Positions 20,020 to 30,584 of a DNA stretch of 64,000 nucleotides are shown here, in pieces (positions within the stretch are counted from its first letter, which is position 1; every line of letters begins with the position of its first letter). The DNA lies in the NCBI GenBank assembly GCA_050251055.1, contig JBFWNL010000004.1, positions 256,001 to 320,000 on the forward strand, in the 5' to 3' direction. The DNA comes from Bacteriovoracia bacterium. GTDB taxonomy: Bacteria > Bdellovibrionota > UBA1018 > JBFWNL01. The notes beneath the pieces were generated by a model that was given only the letters and a program-made list of their open reading frames with translations, had not been told where the DNA came from and ran no database searches. The position numbers and the translations under genes were made by a program.

Positions 20020-20469
20020 TTACTTGTTCCCGCGCTGTTCCATCAAAAACTCCTTATCGTAGACCACGCGCGATTGGGTCTGCGACATTTCGTAAATATT
20101 GCTGAGCTTGATGGCGTCCTTCGGGCAGGCTTCCTCGCACATGCCGCAGAAGCAGCAGCGCAGGACGTCGATCTCGAATTTCACCGGGTACTTCTCCTTG
20201 TCGGAACGCTCGCCCGCCTCGATGTGAATGCATTCCGCCGGACAAACGGTCGGGCAAAGCATGCAGGCCGTGCAGTTTTCCACGCCGTTGACGGCCTTGA
20301 TGTAATGCTGGCCGCGGAACCGGTCGGAGTAGTTGCGACGCTCCTCGGGATACTGGATCGTGACTTTCTTTTCGAAGAGCATGTTCCGCATCGTGATGAG
20401 CAATCCCTTCACGATATCCGGGAAGAATATATGGTGGAGGACCCCTAGTTTTTTCTTCTGTTCAAGCAT
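20020..20469 (-). CDS. nuoI: NADH-quinone oxidoreductase subunit I (canonical copy)
   Basis: TIQYPEE, CTACMLCPTVCP, CCFCGMCEEACP. Confidence 0.96.
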   Translation of the reverse strand: MLEQKKKLGVLHHIFFPDIVKGLLITMRNMLFEKKVTIQYPEERRNYSDRFRGQHYIKAVNGVENCTACMLCPTVCPAECIHIEAGERSDKEKYPVKFEIDVLRCCFCGMCEEACPKDAIKLSNIYEMSQTQSRVVYDKEFLMEQRGNK

Positions 20470-20478
20470 CAATCCTCC

Positions 20479-21567
20479 TTACCGCAGCCAATAAATGACG
20501 ACGGCGGTAACAAACACGTTCGCCAACGCCAGCGGCAACATTACTTTCCAACCCAGGTTCATCAGCTGATCGTAGCGGAAACGCGGCAACGTCCAACGCA
20601 CCCAAACGAAGAGCCACATGAAAAAGGCCACCTTGGTCACGAACGAGGTGACCTCGAGGCCGATGCGCAGCCACTCGAACGCCATGCCCGTCAAGCCGCT
20701 GTTCTCCAGGATCCAGGTGAACGGCCAGAAGAGCTGCCACCCCCCGAAAAAGAGCGAGACCAGGAGTCCGGACGCGGTCGTCATATTCATGTATTCGGCC
20801 ATCATGAAGACGGCGAACTTCATGGGCCCGTACTCCAGGTGATAGCCCGCGACGATCTCGCTTTCCCCTTCGGGCAAGTCAAACGGCAGGCGATTCGTTT
20901 CGGCGAAGGCCGCGGTCATGAAGATCAGGAAGGCCAAAGGCTGGGTGAAAACGCCCCAGGCCGGTAGCGGCAGCGCGGTGCCGGCGATCGTCAACGCCTG
21001 CCCCTGGGCGCGCACGATTTCATTCAGGTCGATGCTCGAGAACATGAGCACGACCCCGATGATGGAGAGGCCCATGGAAAGCTCGTAGCTGATCATCTGC
21101 GAAGAGCTGCGCAGGCTGCCGAAAAGCGCGTACTTGCTGTTCGATGCCCAACCACCCATGATGATGCCGTAAACCCCGAGCGAGGACACGGCCAGGATAT
21201 AGAGCAGACCGATGTTCAGGTTGGCCACCTGGAAACTGACGACTGTACCGTCTCCCAAGGTGATTTGGCTGGCGAACGGGATCACGGCGAAGGTGATGAA
21301 GGCCGGAACGACCGAGATCATCGGCGCCATCATATAAAAGACTTTATTGACGTGGCCGGGAGCGCGCTCTTCCTTCCAGATGAACTTCACGGCGTCGGCC
21401 AGGGCCTGGATCAAGCCGAAAGGTCCCACGCGGTTGGGGCCCAGGCGCTTCTGCATCCAGGCCGACCCGCGGCGTTCGACCCACATCATGATCGGCGCCA
21501 CCTGCAGCAGCGCGATCACGATCAACAGCGACTTACCCACCATCAGGGCGGTTTCTAGCATGCTCAT
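20479..21567 (-). CDS. nuoH: NADH-quinone oxidoreductase subunit H (canonical copy)
   Basis: ERR, GPNRVGPFG, ISYE, AETNRLPFDLPEGESE, PRFRYDQLM. Confidence 0.97.
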   Translation of the reverse strand: MSMLETALMVGKSLLIVIALLQVAPIMMWVERRGSAWMQKRLGPNRVGPFGLIQALADAVKFIWKEERAPGHVNKVFYMMAPMISVVPAFITFAVIPFASQITLGDGTVVSFQVANLNIGLLYILAVSSLGVYGIIMGGWASNSKYALFGSLRSSSQMISYELSMGLSIIGVVLMFSSIDLNEIVRAQGQALTIAGTALPLPAWGVFTQPLAFLIFMTAAFAETNRLPFDLPEGESEIVAGYHLEYGPMKFAVFMMAEYMNMTTASGLLVSLFFGGWQLFWPFTWILENSGLTGMAFEWLRIGLEVTSFVTKVAFFMWLFVWVRWTLPRFRYDQLMNLGWKVMLPLALANVFVTAVVIYWLR

Positions 21568-22964
21568 GCGTTCTTCCAAACCATCAGGATTTCCGAGAGC
21601 GCCTTGCAGGAACGCGGCGGCAGGATCGCCCGCTTGAGCTTCTGCTCGCGATTCTCGAAGTTAAAGATCGTCCCGTCTTTTTCGGCGAAGGTCGCGCCCG
21701 GCAGCACGCTCGCAAACGAGGCCGCCTCATCCTTCATGAACACGCCCACGCCCACGGTCGGGACGTTGCCGAGTTTCGGGAGCTCGGCGCGGCCACCGCG
21801 CACCAGGAACACGCCCGTCGTGCCGGCCGGTAACTGCGTGAAGGGCTTAAGGCCCAGTTTTTCGGCGCCATTCAGGTTCGAGGTCTTGCTTTTGCGCTTG
21901 AGGATTTTGTCGGCCGGCGCGTCGTCCTGGGTCGTCGCGACGCCCGCGGTGCCGAAGTGGAAAACCTCCGCGCCGCCTAGATTCGACTGCGCGAAAGCCT
22001 GCAACATCTGCAGCTCTTCCTGGGTGAGGTCGGATCCAGCCAACACGGCTACTTTCTTGCCCTTAAGCGCCGTCTTGGCCGAAGTCAGCGCCGCGTCCCA
22101 ATCCGTCATGCTGAGTGCGCCCGAACCCGCCACCGCAGGTTCGATCACGCGATCCTGATCGTGCACGTAGTTGTAGTTGAAGCGGCCTTCGTCGCACATC
22201 CAGTACTTGTTCACTTCCATGTTCGTGCGCGGGACGCAGCGATACATGACGTTGGCGTCCTGCTGGATCTCCATATTGCAGCCGCGCGAACAGCCTTCGC
22301 AGACCGTCGGCGTCTTCTTGAGCATCCACGCGCGTTTATGGAAGCGGAAGTCTTTCAGGGTGAGCGATCCGGTCGGGCAGATGTCGGAATAATTTCCGGC
22401 GTAATCTGTTTCAAGCGGACGGCCATCGAGCGTCGTGATCTCGGTGTTGTTCCCGCGTTGGAGGGCGACCATCTCGCGCACGCCGGCTACCTCATCGCCA
22501 AAGCGAATACAACGCGTGCAATGAATGCAGCGATTCATGTTCTTCTTGATCACCGGACCCATGTCGAGGTCAAGGTACGTGCGGCGCTCTTCGGTGTAGC
22601 GCATGTACGCGTTACCATGACTGTAGGAGCTGTCTTGCAGGTCACACTCGCCCGATTTGTCGCAGATCGGGCAATCCAGCGGGTGGTTGATGAGCAGGAA
22701 TTCCATCACCGAGGCGCGGTTCTTCTTCACCTTCTCGCTCTGGGTGTGCACGATCATGCCTTCGGTGGCGGCCGTGGAGCAGGCCGTCTGGAGCTTGGCC
22801 ATCTTCTCGACTTCCACCGTGCACATGCGGCACTGGGCGACGACCGACAGTCCCGGATGATAACAAAAGATCGGGATCTCTATTCCTACGCGCTTGGCGA
22901 TATCGACCAGGTTTTCCCCGGGCTTGAACTCCGCTTCTTTGCCGTCAATTAAGCATTTGGGCAT
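21564..22964 (-). CDS. nuoG: NADH-quinone oxidoreductase subunit G (compact, 466 aa)
   Basis: FCYH..CRMC, HPLDCPICDKSGEC, CIHCTRC, CEGCSRGC..MCD. Confidence 0.94.
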   Translation of the reverse strand: MPKCLIDGKEAEFKPGENLVDIAKRVGIEIPIFCYHPGLSVVAQCRMCTVEVEKMAKLQTACSTAATEGMIVHTQSEKVKKNRASVMEFLLINHPLDCPICDKSGECDLQDSSYSHGNAYMRYTEERRTYLDLDMGPVIKKNMNRCIHCTRCIRFGDEVAGVREMVALQRGNNTEITTLDGRPLETDYAGNYSDICPTGSLTLKDFRFHKRAWMLKKTPTVCEGCSRGCNMEIQQDANVMYRCVPRTNMEVNKYWMCDEGRFNYNYVHDQDRVIEPAVAGSGALSMTDWDAALTSAKTALKGKKVAVLAGSDLTQEELQMLQAFAQSNLGGAEVFHFGTAGVATTQDDAPADKILKRKSKTSNLNGAEKLGLKPFTQLPAGTTGVFLVRGGRAELPKLGNVPTVGVGVFMKDEAASFASVLPGATFAEKDGTIFNFENREQKLKRAILPPRSCKALSEILMVWKNA

Positions 22965-24235
22965 TTGCGACCTCGGATGTGGGCTTCAAAATCGGATTTG
23001 AACTTCTTCACGAAGCTCGAGACGGGACCGGCGGCCGCGTCGCCGAGCGCGCAGAGGGTCTTACCGTTAATGTTGTCGGCGATATCGAGCAGCATCGGCA
23101 GATCGGTATCCCGGCCTTCGCCGTGCTCGATGCGCTCGATGATCTTCTCCATCCACAGGCAACCTTCGCGGCAAGGCGTACACTGCCCGCAGGACTCGTG
23201 GGCATAAAACTTGGTGATCCGCGCGAGCAGCTTCACGACGCAGTAATCTTCGCTGACGACCATGATGCCCGCCGAACCCAGCATGGACCCGATTTTCATC
23301 AGGGGTTCGATGTCGACCACGACGTCGATCTCGTCCGGCGTGAGCACCGGCGCGGAAGACCCGCCCGGAATGACGGCCTTGAGCTTCTTGTCGTCCAAGA
23401 TGCCGCCGCAGTAATCATAGATCAGCTCGCGCATGGTCACGCTGCCCGCCGGCAGTTCGTAAAGACCGGGCTTTTTCACATGGCCCGACACGCAGAATAG
23501 CCGCGTGCCTCCGGACTTCTCGAGCTTGCCCATTTTTGCGAACCACTCGCCGCCCTTATTCACGATGAACGGAATGGAAGCGAGCGTCTCCACGTTATTG
23601 ACGATGGTCGGACCCGCGAACGCGCCCTGGATCGCCGGAAACGGCGGCTTCACGCGCGGCTCGCCGCGCTTGCCTTCCAGGGAATTCAGGAGACCGGTCT
23701 CTTCGCCGCAGATGTAAGCGCCGGCGCCCCGGTGCACGGTAATGTCGAAGTTATGTCCGCTCCCGTAGATATTCTTACCGAGGTGGCCGGCCTTATAGGC
23801 CTCCTCGATCGCTTCGTTCAAAAGCTTCGCTTCGGCGACGTACTCACCGCGGATATAGATGTAGCCAATCTGGGAACCGATGGCGTGGCCCGCGATCACC
23901 ATGCCTTCGAGCAGCACGTGCGGGGTGTAGCGCATGATATCCCGATCCTTGAAGGTGCCCGGCTCGGATTCGTCGGCGTTACAGACGACGTACTTCGGCT
24001 TTTTTGCTTCCTTCGGGATGAAGCTCCACTTCATGCCCGTGGGGAACCCCGCGCCGCCGCGACCACGCAGGTTGGACTTTTTCACCTCGTCGGTGATTTG
24101 GTCGGGCTTCATCGCCAGCGCCTTCTTGGCTGCCGTGTAGCCTTCCATTTGCCGCAAGTAATAATTCAAACCCCGCGCTTCTTCGTTGCCGAAGTGCTGA
24201 ATGAAAAGAGTTTCGTTTTCCATTTCCTCGTTCAT
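22949..24235 (-). CDS. nuoF: NADH-quinone oxidoreductase subunit F
   Basis: LRGRGGAGFPTG, NADESEPGTFKDR, GAGAYICGEET, ESCGQCTPCREG. Confidence 0.98.
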   Translation of the reverse strand: MNEEMENETLFIQHFGNEEARGLNYYLRQMEGYTAAKKALAMKPDQITDEVKKSNLRGRGGAGFPTGMKWSFIPKEAKKPKYVVCNADESEPGTFKDRDIMRYTPHVLLEGMVIAGHAIGSQIGYIYIRGEYVAEAKLLNEAIEEAYKAGHLGKNIYGSGHNFDITVHRGAGAYICGEETGLLNSLEGKRGEPRVKPPFPAIQGAFAGPTIVNNVETLASIPFIVNKGGEWFAKMGKLEKSGGTRLFCVSGHVKKPGLYELPAGSVTMRELIYDYCGGILDDKKLKAVIPGGSSAPVLTPDEIDVVVDIEPLMKIGSMLGSAGIMVVSEDYCVVKLLARITKFYAHESCGQCTPCREGCLWMEKIIERIEHGEGRDTDLPMLLDIADNINGKTLCALGDAAAGPVSSFVKKFKSDFEAHIRGRKCPNA

Positions 24236-24248
24236 GACTGATCTCCGC

Positions 24249-24740
24249 TCACTTCCCGCTCATCCGATCTAGGATCTGGTCCATCTTTTTTACGTCGAGG
24301 TTTTCGTGATAACCCTCGCCGGTCATCATCGCCGGGGCGGTTCCGCAGGCCCCCAGGCATTCTTCCTCGTTCAAGGTGAACTTCATGTCCGGCGTGGTCT
24401 CGCCGCAGCGGATCCCCAGGCGCTTCTCGCAATGTTCGACGAGCTTTTCCGCCCCGCGCAGGGCACAGGCGACGTTCGTGCAGATGCGCAGGTGATTTTT
24501 CCCCACCGGCTTGAGGTTGTACATGGTGTAAAAGCTCGCCACCTCGCGGACCTGGGCCGGGTGGATACCGATGTACTGGGCAATCTCGTCCATCACTTCG
24601 CCGGGGAGCCAGCCATATTCGTCTTGGGCGGCATGCAAAGCCGGCAAGAGGAGCGCCACCTTGGTCGGGTAGCGCGGCTCTAATTTTTTCATTTCGCCGT
24701 AGAATTTTTCGGACAGATTTTTCATATTTCCCTGGGCCAT
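24249..24740 (-). CDS. nuoE: NADH-quinone oxidoreductase subunit E
   Basis: VASFYTMY, CTNVAC, CLGACG. Confidence 0.96.
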   Translation of the reverse strand: MAQGNMKNLSEKFYGEMKKLEPRYPTKVALLLPALHAAQDEYGWLPGEVMDEIAQYIGIHPAQVREVASFYTMYNLKPVGKNHLRICTNVACALRGAEKLVEHCEKRLGIRCGETTPDMKFTLNEEECLGACGTAPAMMTGEGYHENLDVKKMDQILDRMSGK

Positions 24741-24753
24741 ACTTGCCGCCTTA

Positions 24754-26037
24754 TTACCGATCCAACTCGCCCGCGATGATGTTGATACTTCCCAAAGACG
24801 CCACCAAATCCCCGATGAATTCGCCTTCGCACATGGGATCCAGTCCCTGGAAATGCCAGAACGATGGGCTACGGATGCGCATGCGGTGCGCGCGCGGGGC
24901 GTTTTTGCTGACGATATAAAAACCCAGCTCGCCGTTGGCAGCCTCGAACGGCGTGTAAGCCTCGCCGTCCGGGACGTCGAAACCCGTCATGAAGAACTTG
25001 AAGTGGTGGATGAGGCCTTCCATGGTGTTGAAGACCACTTCCTTATCCGGAATGCGCACACGCTTGTCTTCCGACCAAATCGGGCCCGGCTTAATTTTGT
25101 CCGCGCACTGGATGATGATGTTGAGCGACTGCTGGATTTCTCGCAGGCGCACCAAGAAGCGGTCGTACACGTCGGCGTTCTGGAAAACCGGGACGTCGAA
25201 ATCGACGTCTTTATAGAACATCGGCGAATAGTCGCGACGGATGTCTTGATCGATGCCCGCCGCGCGCGCGATGGGGCCCGTCCAGCTGTACTGCAGGCAC
25301 TGCTCCTTGGTGAACGTGCCCACGCCCACCGTGCGCATCAGCCAAATCTTGTTGGTATTAAGCAGGCGATCCATCTCCGCGATCACCTCGCGGGTGCGCA
25401 TCGCCCATTGCTTCGCGTCCTTCTCCCAGCCTTCCGGCGCGTCGGCCATGAGGCCGCCGATCCGCGTGTAGGACGTGGTGAGGCGCGCGCCGCAGAGCTT
25501 TTCAATGAGCGTGTACCCTTCCTCGCGTTGGTGGAAGCCATAAAGAAAGTAGGAAAACGCGCCCATGTCGACGGCGCCGATACCAATGCAGACCAGGTGG
25601 TCGATGATGCGGGCAATCTCGCTCGCCATCATCCGGATCCAAACCGCGCGCGGCGGGACCTCGACGCCCATGAGCTTCTCGACGGCCATCGAGTAAGTCA
25701 CGTTGTTAATGAGCGCCGAGCAATAGTTCAGGCGGTCGGTGTACACAACGAACTGGTGATAGGTGCGGTTCTCGCCGAGCTTTTCCTTCGCGCGGTGGGT
25801 GTAGCCGAACTCGCAGTAGGATTTCTCGATGATCTCGCCATTCACCTTCGCCATCATCCGGAGCGCGCCGTGCATCGCCGGGTGCGTCGGGCCGATGTTG
25901 ACGAGCATCCGCGATTCGTCCCAGAGGTCGTCCGGGTCGTGCTTAGCCGACTGGGTGATGTCGACGCTCATGTTTCGAGGCATCCCGAAACGTTGGATAT
26001 CTTTGGGGAGCTTCTTATTCGTGGATTCTTCGCGCAT
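24754..26037 (-). CDS. nuoD: NADH-quinone oxidoreductase subunit D (canonical copy)
   Basis: GPTHPAMHG, YTDRLNY, AVDMGA, IAGELDR. Confidence 0.97.
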   Translation of the reverse strand: MREESTNKKLPKDIQRFGMPRNMSVDITQSAKHDPDDLWDESRMLVNIGPTHPAMHGALRMMAKVNGEIIEKSYCEFGYTHRAKEKLGENRTYHQFVVYTDRLNYCSALINNVTYSMAVEKLMGVEVPPRAVWIRMMASEIARIIDHLVCIGIGAVDMGAFSYFLYGFHQREEGYTLIEKLCGARLTTSYTRIGGLMADAPEGWEKDAKQWAMRTREVIAEMDRLLNTNKIWLMRTVGVGTFTKEQCLQYSWTGPIARAAGIDQDIRRDYSPMFYKDVDFDVPVFQNADVYDRFLVRLREIQQSLNIIIQCADKIKPGPIWSEDKRVRIPDKEVVFNTMEGLIHHFKFFMTGFDVPDGEAYTPFEAANGELGFYIVSKNAPRAHRMRIRSPSFWHFQGLDPMCEGEFIGDLVASLGSINIIAGELDR

Positions 26038-26049
26038 CGCTTTATCCGC

Positions 26050-26619
26050 CTATTTCAACAGTTCTGGATCCAGAGGTTCCGCGGTCGGGAAGATCTGGTA
26101 GCCACGCAGCGGGTAATCCTTCCGCAACGGGTGGCCTTCCCAGCGCATGTCCATCAGGATTCGCCGCAGATCTGGGTGGCCCGCGAACTTGATCCCGAAC
26201 ATGTCCCACACTTCGCGCTCGGCCCAGTTCGCGCCTTGCCAAAGTGAAATCAGGGTCGGCACGGTATCGTTCTCGGCCACGGGGGCCTTCACCCGGAGGC
26301 GCCAAAATTTTCCGGGCGCCGCGAGGTTATACACGACGTCGAATCGCGGTTCGCGTGGGGACTCATCGGTCGCCGTCAAATCGGCAAGGAAGCCGTACTC
26401 GAAGCCCGGCTCGTTCTTCAAAAAGGTCATGATCTCGACGATCGACTGCTTGTCGACGGTGATAATCGGCACGTCCGTGCGGCTTTCCCCCGGCATCTGG
26501 ACGCCGAGGATTTTCGCGCCGAATTTGGCCTTTAGCTGCGTGACTTGCGTCTTCCACGTTTCGCCAAAGCGCGTGGGCCAGTCGCCGTAAATCGTGGGAA
26601 CGGGGGTCCGGACGTCCAT
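26050..26619 (-). CDS. nuoC: NADH-quinone oxidoreductase subunit C (canonical copy)
   Basis: ANWAEREVWDMFGIKFAGHPDLRRIL, GHPLRKDYPL. Confidence 0.97.
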   Translation of the reverse strand: MDVRTPVPTIYGDWPTRFGETWKTQVTQLKAKFGAKILGVQMPGESRTDVPIITVDKQSIVEIMTFLKNEPGFEYGFLADLTATDESPREPRFDVVYNLAAPGKFWRLRVKAPVAENDTVPTLISLWQGANWAEREVWDMFGIKFAGHPDLRRILMDMRWEGHPLRKDYPLRGYQIFPTAEPLDPELLK

Positions 26620-26626
26620 GTCGGTT

Positions 26627-27133
26627 TTACTCCTTCACCGTCTTGAAAATTCCGTGCTCTTTGCGCTGCGCCTGGGTCGCGCCCTTCGCGATGAGGTCCT
26701 GCAGCCGCATCAGCCCGTGCAATACGCCTTCCGGCGCGGGCGGGCAGCCCGGTACGTAGACGTCCACCGGAATGATGGTGTCGATCCCTTGGGTGACGCT
26801 GTACACGTTGAAGATCCCGCCCGAGGAAGCGCACGCGCCGAAGGACATGACCCACTTCGGGTCGGACATCTGGTCGTAAACATTGCGCAACACGGGCGCC
26901 ATCTTGGCGTTGATGATCCCGGCCACGATCATCAGGTCGCTCTGGCGGGGCGAAAAGCGAATCACTTCCGCGCCGAAGCGGGCCATGTCGTAGTCCGCGC
27001 TCAGCGTGGCCATCATTTCGATCCCGCAACAGCTGGTGCCGAAGGGCAGGGGCCAGAGCGAGTTCTTGCGCGCCCAATTGATGACGACGTCGAGTCGCGT
27101 AGTGAGATACTCTGAAGAACCGTCTTTACTCAT
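26627..27133 (-). CDS. nuoB: NADH-quinone oxidoreductase subunit B (canonical copy)
   Basis: [26 protein letters not shown]. Confidence 0.97.
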   Translation of the reverse strand: MSKDGSSEYLTTRLDVVINWARKNSLWPLPFGTSCCGIEMMATLSADYDMARFGAEVIRFSPRQSDLMIVAGIINAKMAPVLRNVYDQMSDPKWVMSFGACASSGGIFNVYSVTQGIDTIIPVDVYVPGCPPAPEGVLHGLMRLQDLIAKGATQAQRKEHGIFKTVKE

Positions 27134-27154
27134 GGCTGACTCCTGGCTTTCCCA

Positions 27155-27514
27155 TCAATCCCATTCCAGCGCACCCTTGCGCAGGATGTAGACGTAACCC
27201 ACGAGCAGAATCACCGCGAAGGTGCCCATCTCGAGGAGAATGAACGAGTTAATTTCGAGAAACTTTTTGTAAACGATCGCCCACGGAAAAAAGAAGACCG
27301 CTTCCACGTCGAACAGCAGGAAGAGGATGGCGACCAGATAGAACCGAACCGACACGCGTTGCTGGGCGTTACCATGCGCTGGCACGCCGCACTCAAATGG
27401 GGATTCTTTCTGTGGATTCTTGGATTTAGGACCGAAGAGTTGCGACAGAATAAGCGCGCCGCCGCCAATGACTGCACCAGCCCCCATCATGATCAAAATC
27501 GGAATGTAATCCAT
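27155..27514 (-). CDS. nuoA: NADH-quinone oxidoreductase subunit A (canonical copy)
   Basis: PFECG, FYLVAILFLLFDVEAVF, KGALEW. Confidence 0.96.
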   Translation of the reverse strand: MDYIPILIMMGAGAVIGGGALILSQLFGPKSKNPQKESPFECGVPAHGNAQQRVSVRFYLVAILFLLFDVEAVFFFPWAIVYKKFLEINSFILLEMGTFAVILLVGYVYILRKGALEWD

Positions 27515-27546
27515 CACCTATTTATAAACGTCTAAATGGGTGAGGG

Positions 27547-29028
27547 CTACCCTAAAATCAGCTCGAGAGAGCGGCCCGTCCAATACAAAATCGGTTCGGC
27601 GAAGATGCTGAGCAAGCCGACGGGTACAAGCAAAAGAATCAAGAACGCGCGCTGTCGCGGAACAAATGCGAGGGGTGGGTTCGTATTTCCCACGTACTCC
27701 CGATACTGTCCCATGAGCTGGAAACAGAGCCGGCCGAAGACCGCGACCGACACCAAACTCGAACCCACCGCGAGCGCCGCGAGACCAAACCACTCCCGTT
27801 CGACGATGGCGTCGACGAGCGCGAAGCGACCGATGAATCCCGGCAATGGCGGGAAACCCACAAAGCTCGCCAGAAAGAACACTAAACACAAGCATTCTGG
27901 TAAGGATTTGGCGAGCATTCCTCGAAAATCAGAAAGTCGATCAGATCCTAACCGATCGAAAAAGAAGGAAAATACCCCAAAAATTCCAGCCAGAGAAAAA
28001 AGATCAACCAAAAGACAGTAGAGCAGTGCGGCAACTCCACTGTGATTCAATACTAAGAGGCCCATCATTAAGAAACCCATGTGCGCCACGAGCAGGGCAC
28101 TCACCAGGCGCTTCGCGCCTTGTTGCCGAAGCGCCAGTAACGACCCAACCACCATCGTCGTCCCCGACACGAGCGCCACGATCTGCGGCCACTCCGTCAA
28201 AAGCTGACCGCCGGATGCCGCCACATCGGCGGCGCCCGGCCCGCCGAACACGACGAGAAAGAAACGAATCGCAACGGCGATCCCCACGGTCGGAATTCCC
28301 AAACCCAGATAAATCCCCGAAGGCGTGGGCGCGCCTTCAATCACGTCCGGTACCCAGAGGTACATCGGAAAAACCCCGGCGAAGAAACTCAGCGCGAGAA
28401 AAATCAGCACGAAGACCAGCAAGCCCGTCTCGCGCGGGATAGGATTCGCGGCCAGTGCGGCGTGAATCTCGTAAATATTTAACGTATGCGTGAGCGTAAA
28501 GAGGATGGCGATGCCGAACAGGAAGAAAACCGAAGCCACGGCGCCGAAGACCAGGAACTTAATGGCCGCCTCCGTCGAGCGCACCTCCTCCTTCGCGTAC
28601 CCGGCGGCGAAATAGCCGATCACGCACATGAGCTGGCACCCCAGGAAAATCAGGAGCAGATCGACCGAACAAACGACCAGGCACATCGCGAGCGCGGCCG
28701 CGACGAGGAACACGAAGTACTCCGTGCGCCGGCTTTGCCGGATTTCGGCGGAAAAATAAACCGTAATGGCCGCGAGCACCGCCAGCACGAGCAAGAAGAG
28801 CTTGAAGAAGATGGAAATACCGTCGATGACGATCGAACCGCCGAAAAGTTTCGTCCCCAAGCTTTTATAAGTAAAGAGCACCTGGATAAAAGCGGTACCG
28901 AGCCCCAGCAAGGTGGTGCCCACCACGACCCGGGTGCGTTCGCCCCGATAAGCGATTTCGGCGAAGACTAGCCCCGCCAAGGTCAGCAGCAGGTAGGCCT
29001 CGGGCATGAAAAGCAGAAATTCCTGCAA
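27547..29028 (-). CDS. nuoN: NuoN-like subunit of the divergent 11-subunit complex I paralog
   Basis: EAAIKFLVFG, WVPDVIEGAPTP, KRLV..AHMG, GFPPLPGFIG; full length, conserved Glu/Lys replaced. Confidence 0.88.
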   Translation of the reverse strand: MQEFLLFMPEAYLLLTLAGLVFAEIAYRGERTRVVVGTTLLGLGTAFIQVLFTYKSLGTKLFGGSIVIDGISIFFKLFLLVLAVLAAITVYFSAEIRQSRRTEYFVFLVAAALAMCLVVCSVDLLLIFLGCQLMCVIGYFAAGYAKEEVRSTEAAIKFLVFGAVASVFFLFGIAILFTLTHTLNIYEIHAALAANPIPRETGLLVFVLIFLALSFFAGVFPMYLWVPDVIEGAPTPSGIYLGLGIPTVGIAVAIRFFLVVFGGPGAADVAASGGQLLTEWPQIVALVSGTTMVVGSLLALRQQGAKRLVSALLVAHMGFLMMGLLVLNHSGVAALLYCLLVDLFSLAGIFGVFSFFFDRLGSDRLSDFRGMLAKSLPECLCLVFFLASFVGFPPLPGFIGRFALVDAIVEREWFGLAALAVGSSLVSVAVFGRLCFQLMGQYREYVGNTNPPLAFVPRQRAFLILLLVPVGLLSIFAEPILYWTGRSLELILG

Positions 29029-29057
29029 GAAACTCCCCTTCTATTTACTTCCGGCCC

Positions 29058-30581
29058 TTAGGCCGACAACGCCGCCAAAAGCTGGGCGACCGACGGGCGA
29101 ATCACGTCCAACAACGGTTTGGGATAGACCCCGAATACGATCAACAATCCTACGATCGGCGTGAAGCAAAGTTTTTCCCGCCAGGTCAGGTCAAAGACCC
29201 GTTTGGATTCACCCCGCTCGTGCCCCAGGAATATCTTCATGAACACCTGGAACAAGCCGTACACGAGCACCACGAAAGATGCTCCAATCACCAAGACGGA
29301 AAACACCGAAACTCCGAAACCGCCGATCAAGATCAGCGACTGTCCGACGAAACCGCCCAGCCCCGGCACGCACAGCAAAGCGCCCAGAATTAAGCTCACG
29401 GTTAAGGTGAGCACGGGTGAGTGGCGAACGACGCCCCCGAAATGCGGTTGGCCATCGTCGCCCAGGAAGCTCGTCTTCTCCGTGCGTTCGCGCAGCAAAC
29501 CAAAGAAAAGACCGAAGCCCGAAAGCGCGAGGCCAAACGCGAACTCGTGGTAGAGCGATCCCACGACGCCGGCGGAGCCGCCCGAAGCGATGCCCACCAG
29601 GGAAAGACCGATCTGGTTCATACAAAGATACGCGAAGACCATGCGCAGCTCGCGCTGGGCCACGCATAGGATGGCCGAAAAAATAAATCCCACTTCGCCA
29701 ATGGCCAAAATCCAAGGCTGGAAATGCGACATTTCCATCGGAAAAATGAGGTATCCCAGCTTTGTAAAAAGATAGAGCGCCACGGGGACGAACACGCCGC
29801 CGAATGCGATCGCCACCGAGGCCGGCGCCTGCGTCATCGCGTAGGTGAACCATCCGTGGATCGGCCAGATCGGAATGCGCAGCATGAACGAAAGCGCGAA
29901 AAGCAGAAAGGCCAGACGCGAGACCGGCATATCCAGGCCGAGCATCGACACCTCGCCCTTCCAGAACTTGCCCCCGAAAAGCTCCTTGATCGAAAAACTA
30001 TTGGGATCCACCGAGTAATAGATCAGGATCAGGACCACAAAAAACAGCGCGCTGCCCGCCGAGGCGGTGACGAAAAACCGGAAGCCGGCTTTTTCCCGGG
30101 CTTCATCGCCCCAGATGATGAATAGGAAGTAAAACGGCAAGGCGCTGAGCAGCCAGAAGAAGCAAACCAGGAATAGATTTTGGGCGGTCACCACCCCGAT
30201 CAGCGTCGCTTGCAGCAATAGAAAAAGGGCCTGCATGCCCATGCGCCCGCTCGGCTGCTTCCACTCCGCGCCGATCAGGATCGGGAAGATCACGGCGATC
30301 AGAAGCACGAGCGGGGCGTTCAACCCGTCCAGGCCGACCGCGTAAGCAATGGAATACGAGTCCACCCAGGAAAGCGATTCCAACCCCTGAAACAGCGTCG
30401 CGCCCTTATTAAACTGGGCCAACAGCGCGAAGGCGCACAGACTGGACAGGATGCTCGACACGAGCCCGATCCACTTGATCCACGGCACGGATTTGGAGTT
30501 GGAAAAGAGCGGCGAAAGCCCCAGCCCGAGCACGCCCAACAACGGAAACAAGATAGTGAGACTGCAAAGGTAGTTCAACAA
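29058..30581 (-). CDS. nuoM: NuoM-like subunit of the divergent paralog
   Basis: GLDGL, IPIWPIHGW, QAP, PGLGGFVG, DLTWRE, GVYP. Confidence 0.88.
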   Translation of the reverse strand: MLNYLCSLTILFPLLGVLGLGLSPLFSNSKSVPWIKWIGLVSSILSSLCAFALLAQFNKGATLFQGLESLSWVDSYSIAYAVGLDGLNAPLVLLIAVIFPILIGAEWKQPSGRMGMQALFLLLQATLIGVVTAQNLFLVCFFWLLSALPFYFLFIIWGDEAREKAGFRFFVTASAGSALFFVVLILIYYSVDPNSFSIKELFGGKFWKGEVSMLGLDMPVSRLAFLLFALSFMLRIPIWPIHGWFTYAMTQAPASVAIAFGGVFVPVALYLFTKLGYLIFPMEMSHFQPWILAIGEVGFIFSAILCVAQRELRMVFAYLCMNQIGLSLVGIASGGSAGVVGSLYHEFAFGLALSGFGLFFGLLRERTEKTSFLGDDGQPHFGGVVRHSPVLTLTVSLILGALLCVPGLGGFVGQSLILIGGFGVSVFSVLVIGASFVVLVYGLFQVFMKIFLGHERGESKRVFDLTWREKLCFTPIVGLLIVFGVYPKPLLDVIRPSVAQLLAALSA

Positions 30582-30584
30582 AGC

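Noticed and set aside
24853-26247. 464-aa plus-strand ORF, and similar long antisense ORFs (22161-22952, 30603-31580, 38394-39512, 42013-43062, 51887-52927, 55962-57107, 62623-63840)
   Set aside because: Shadow frames opposite well-supported GC-biased genes; no recognisable motifs
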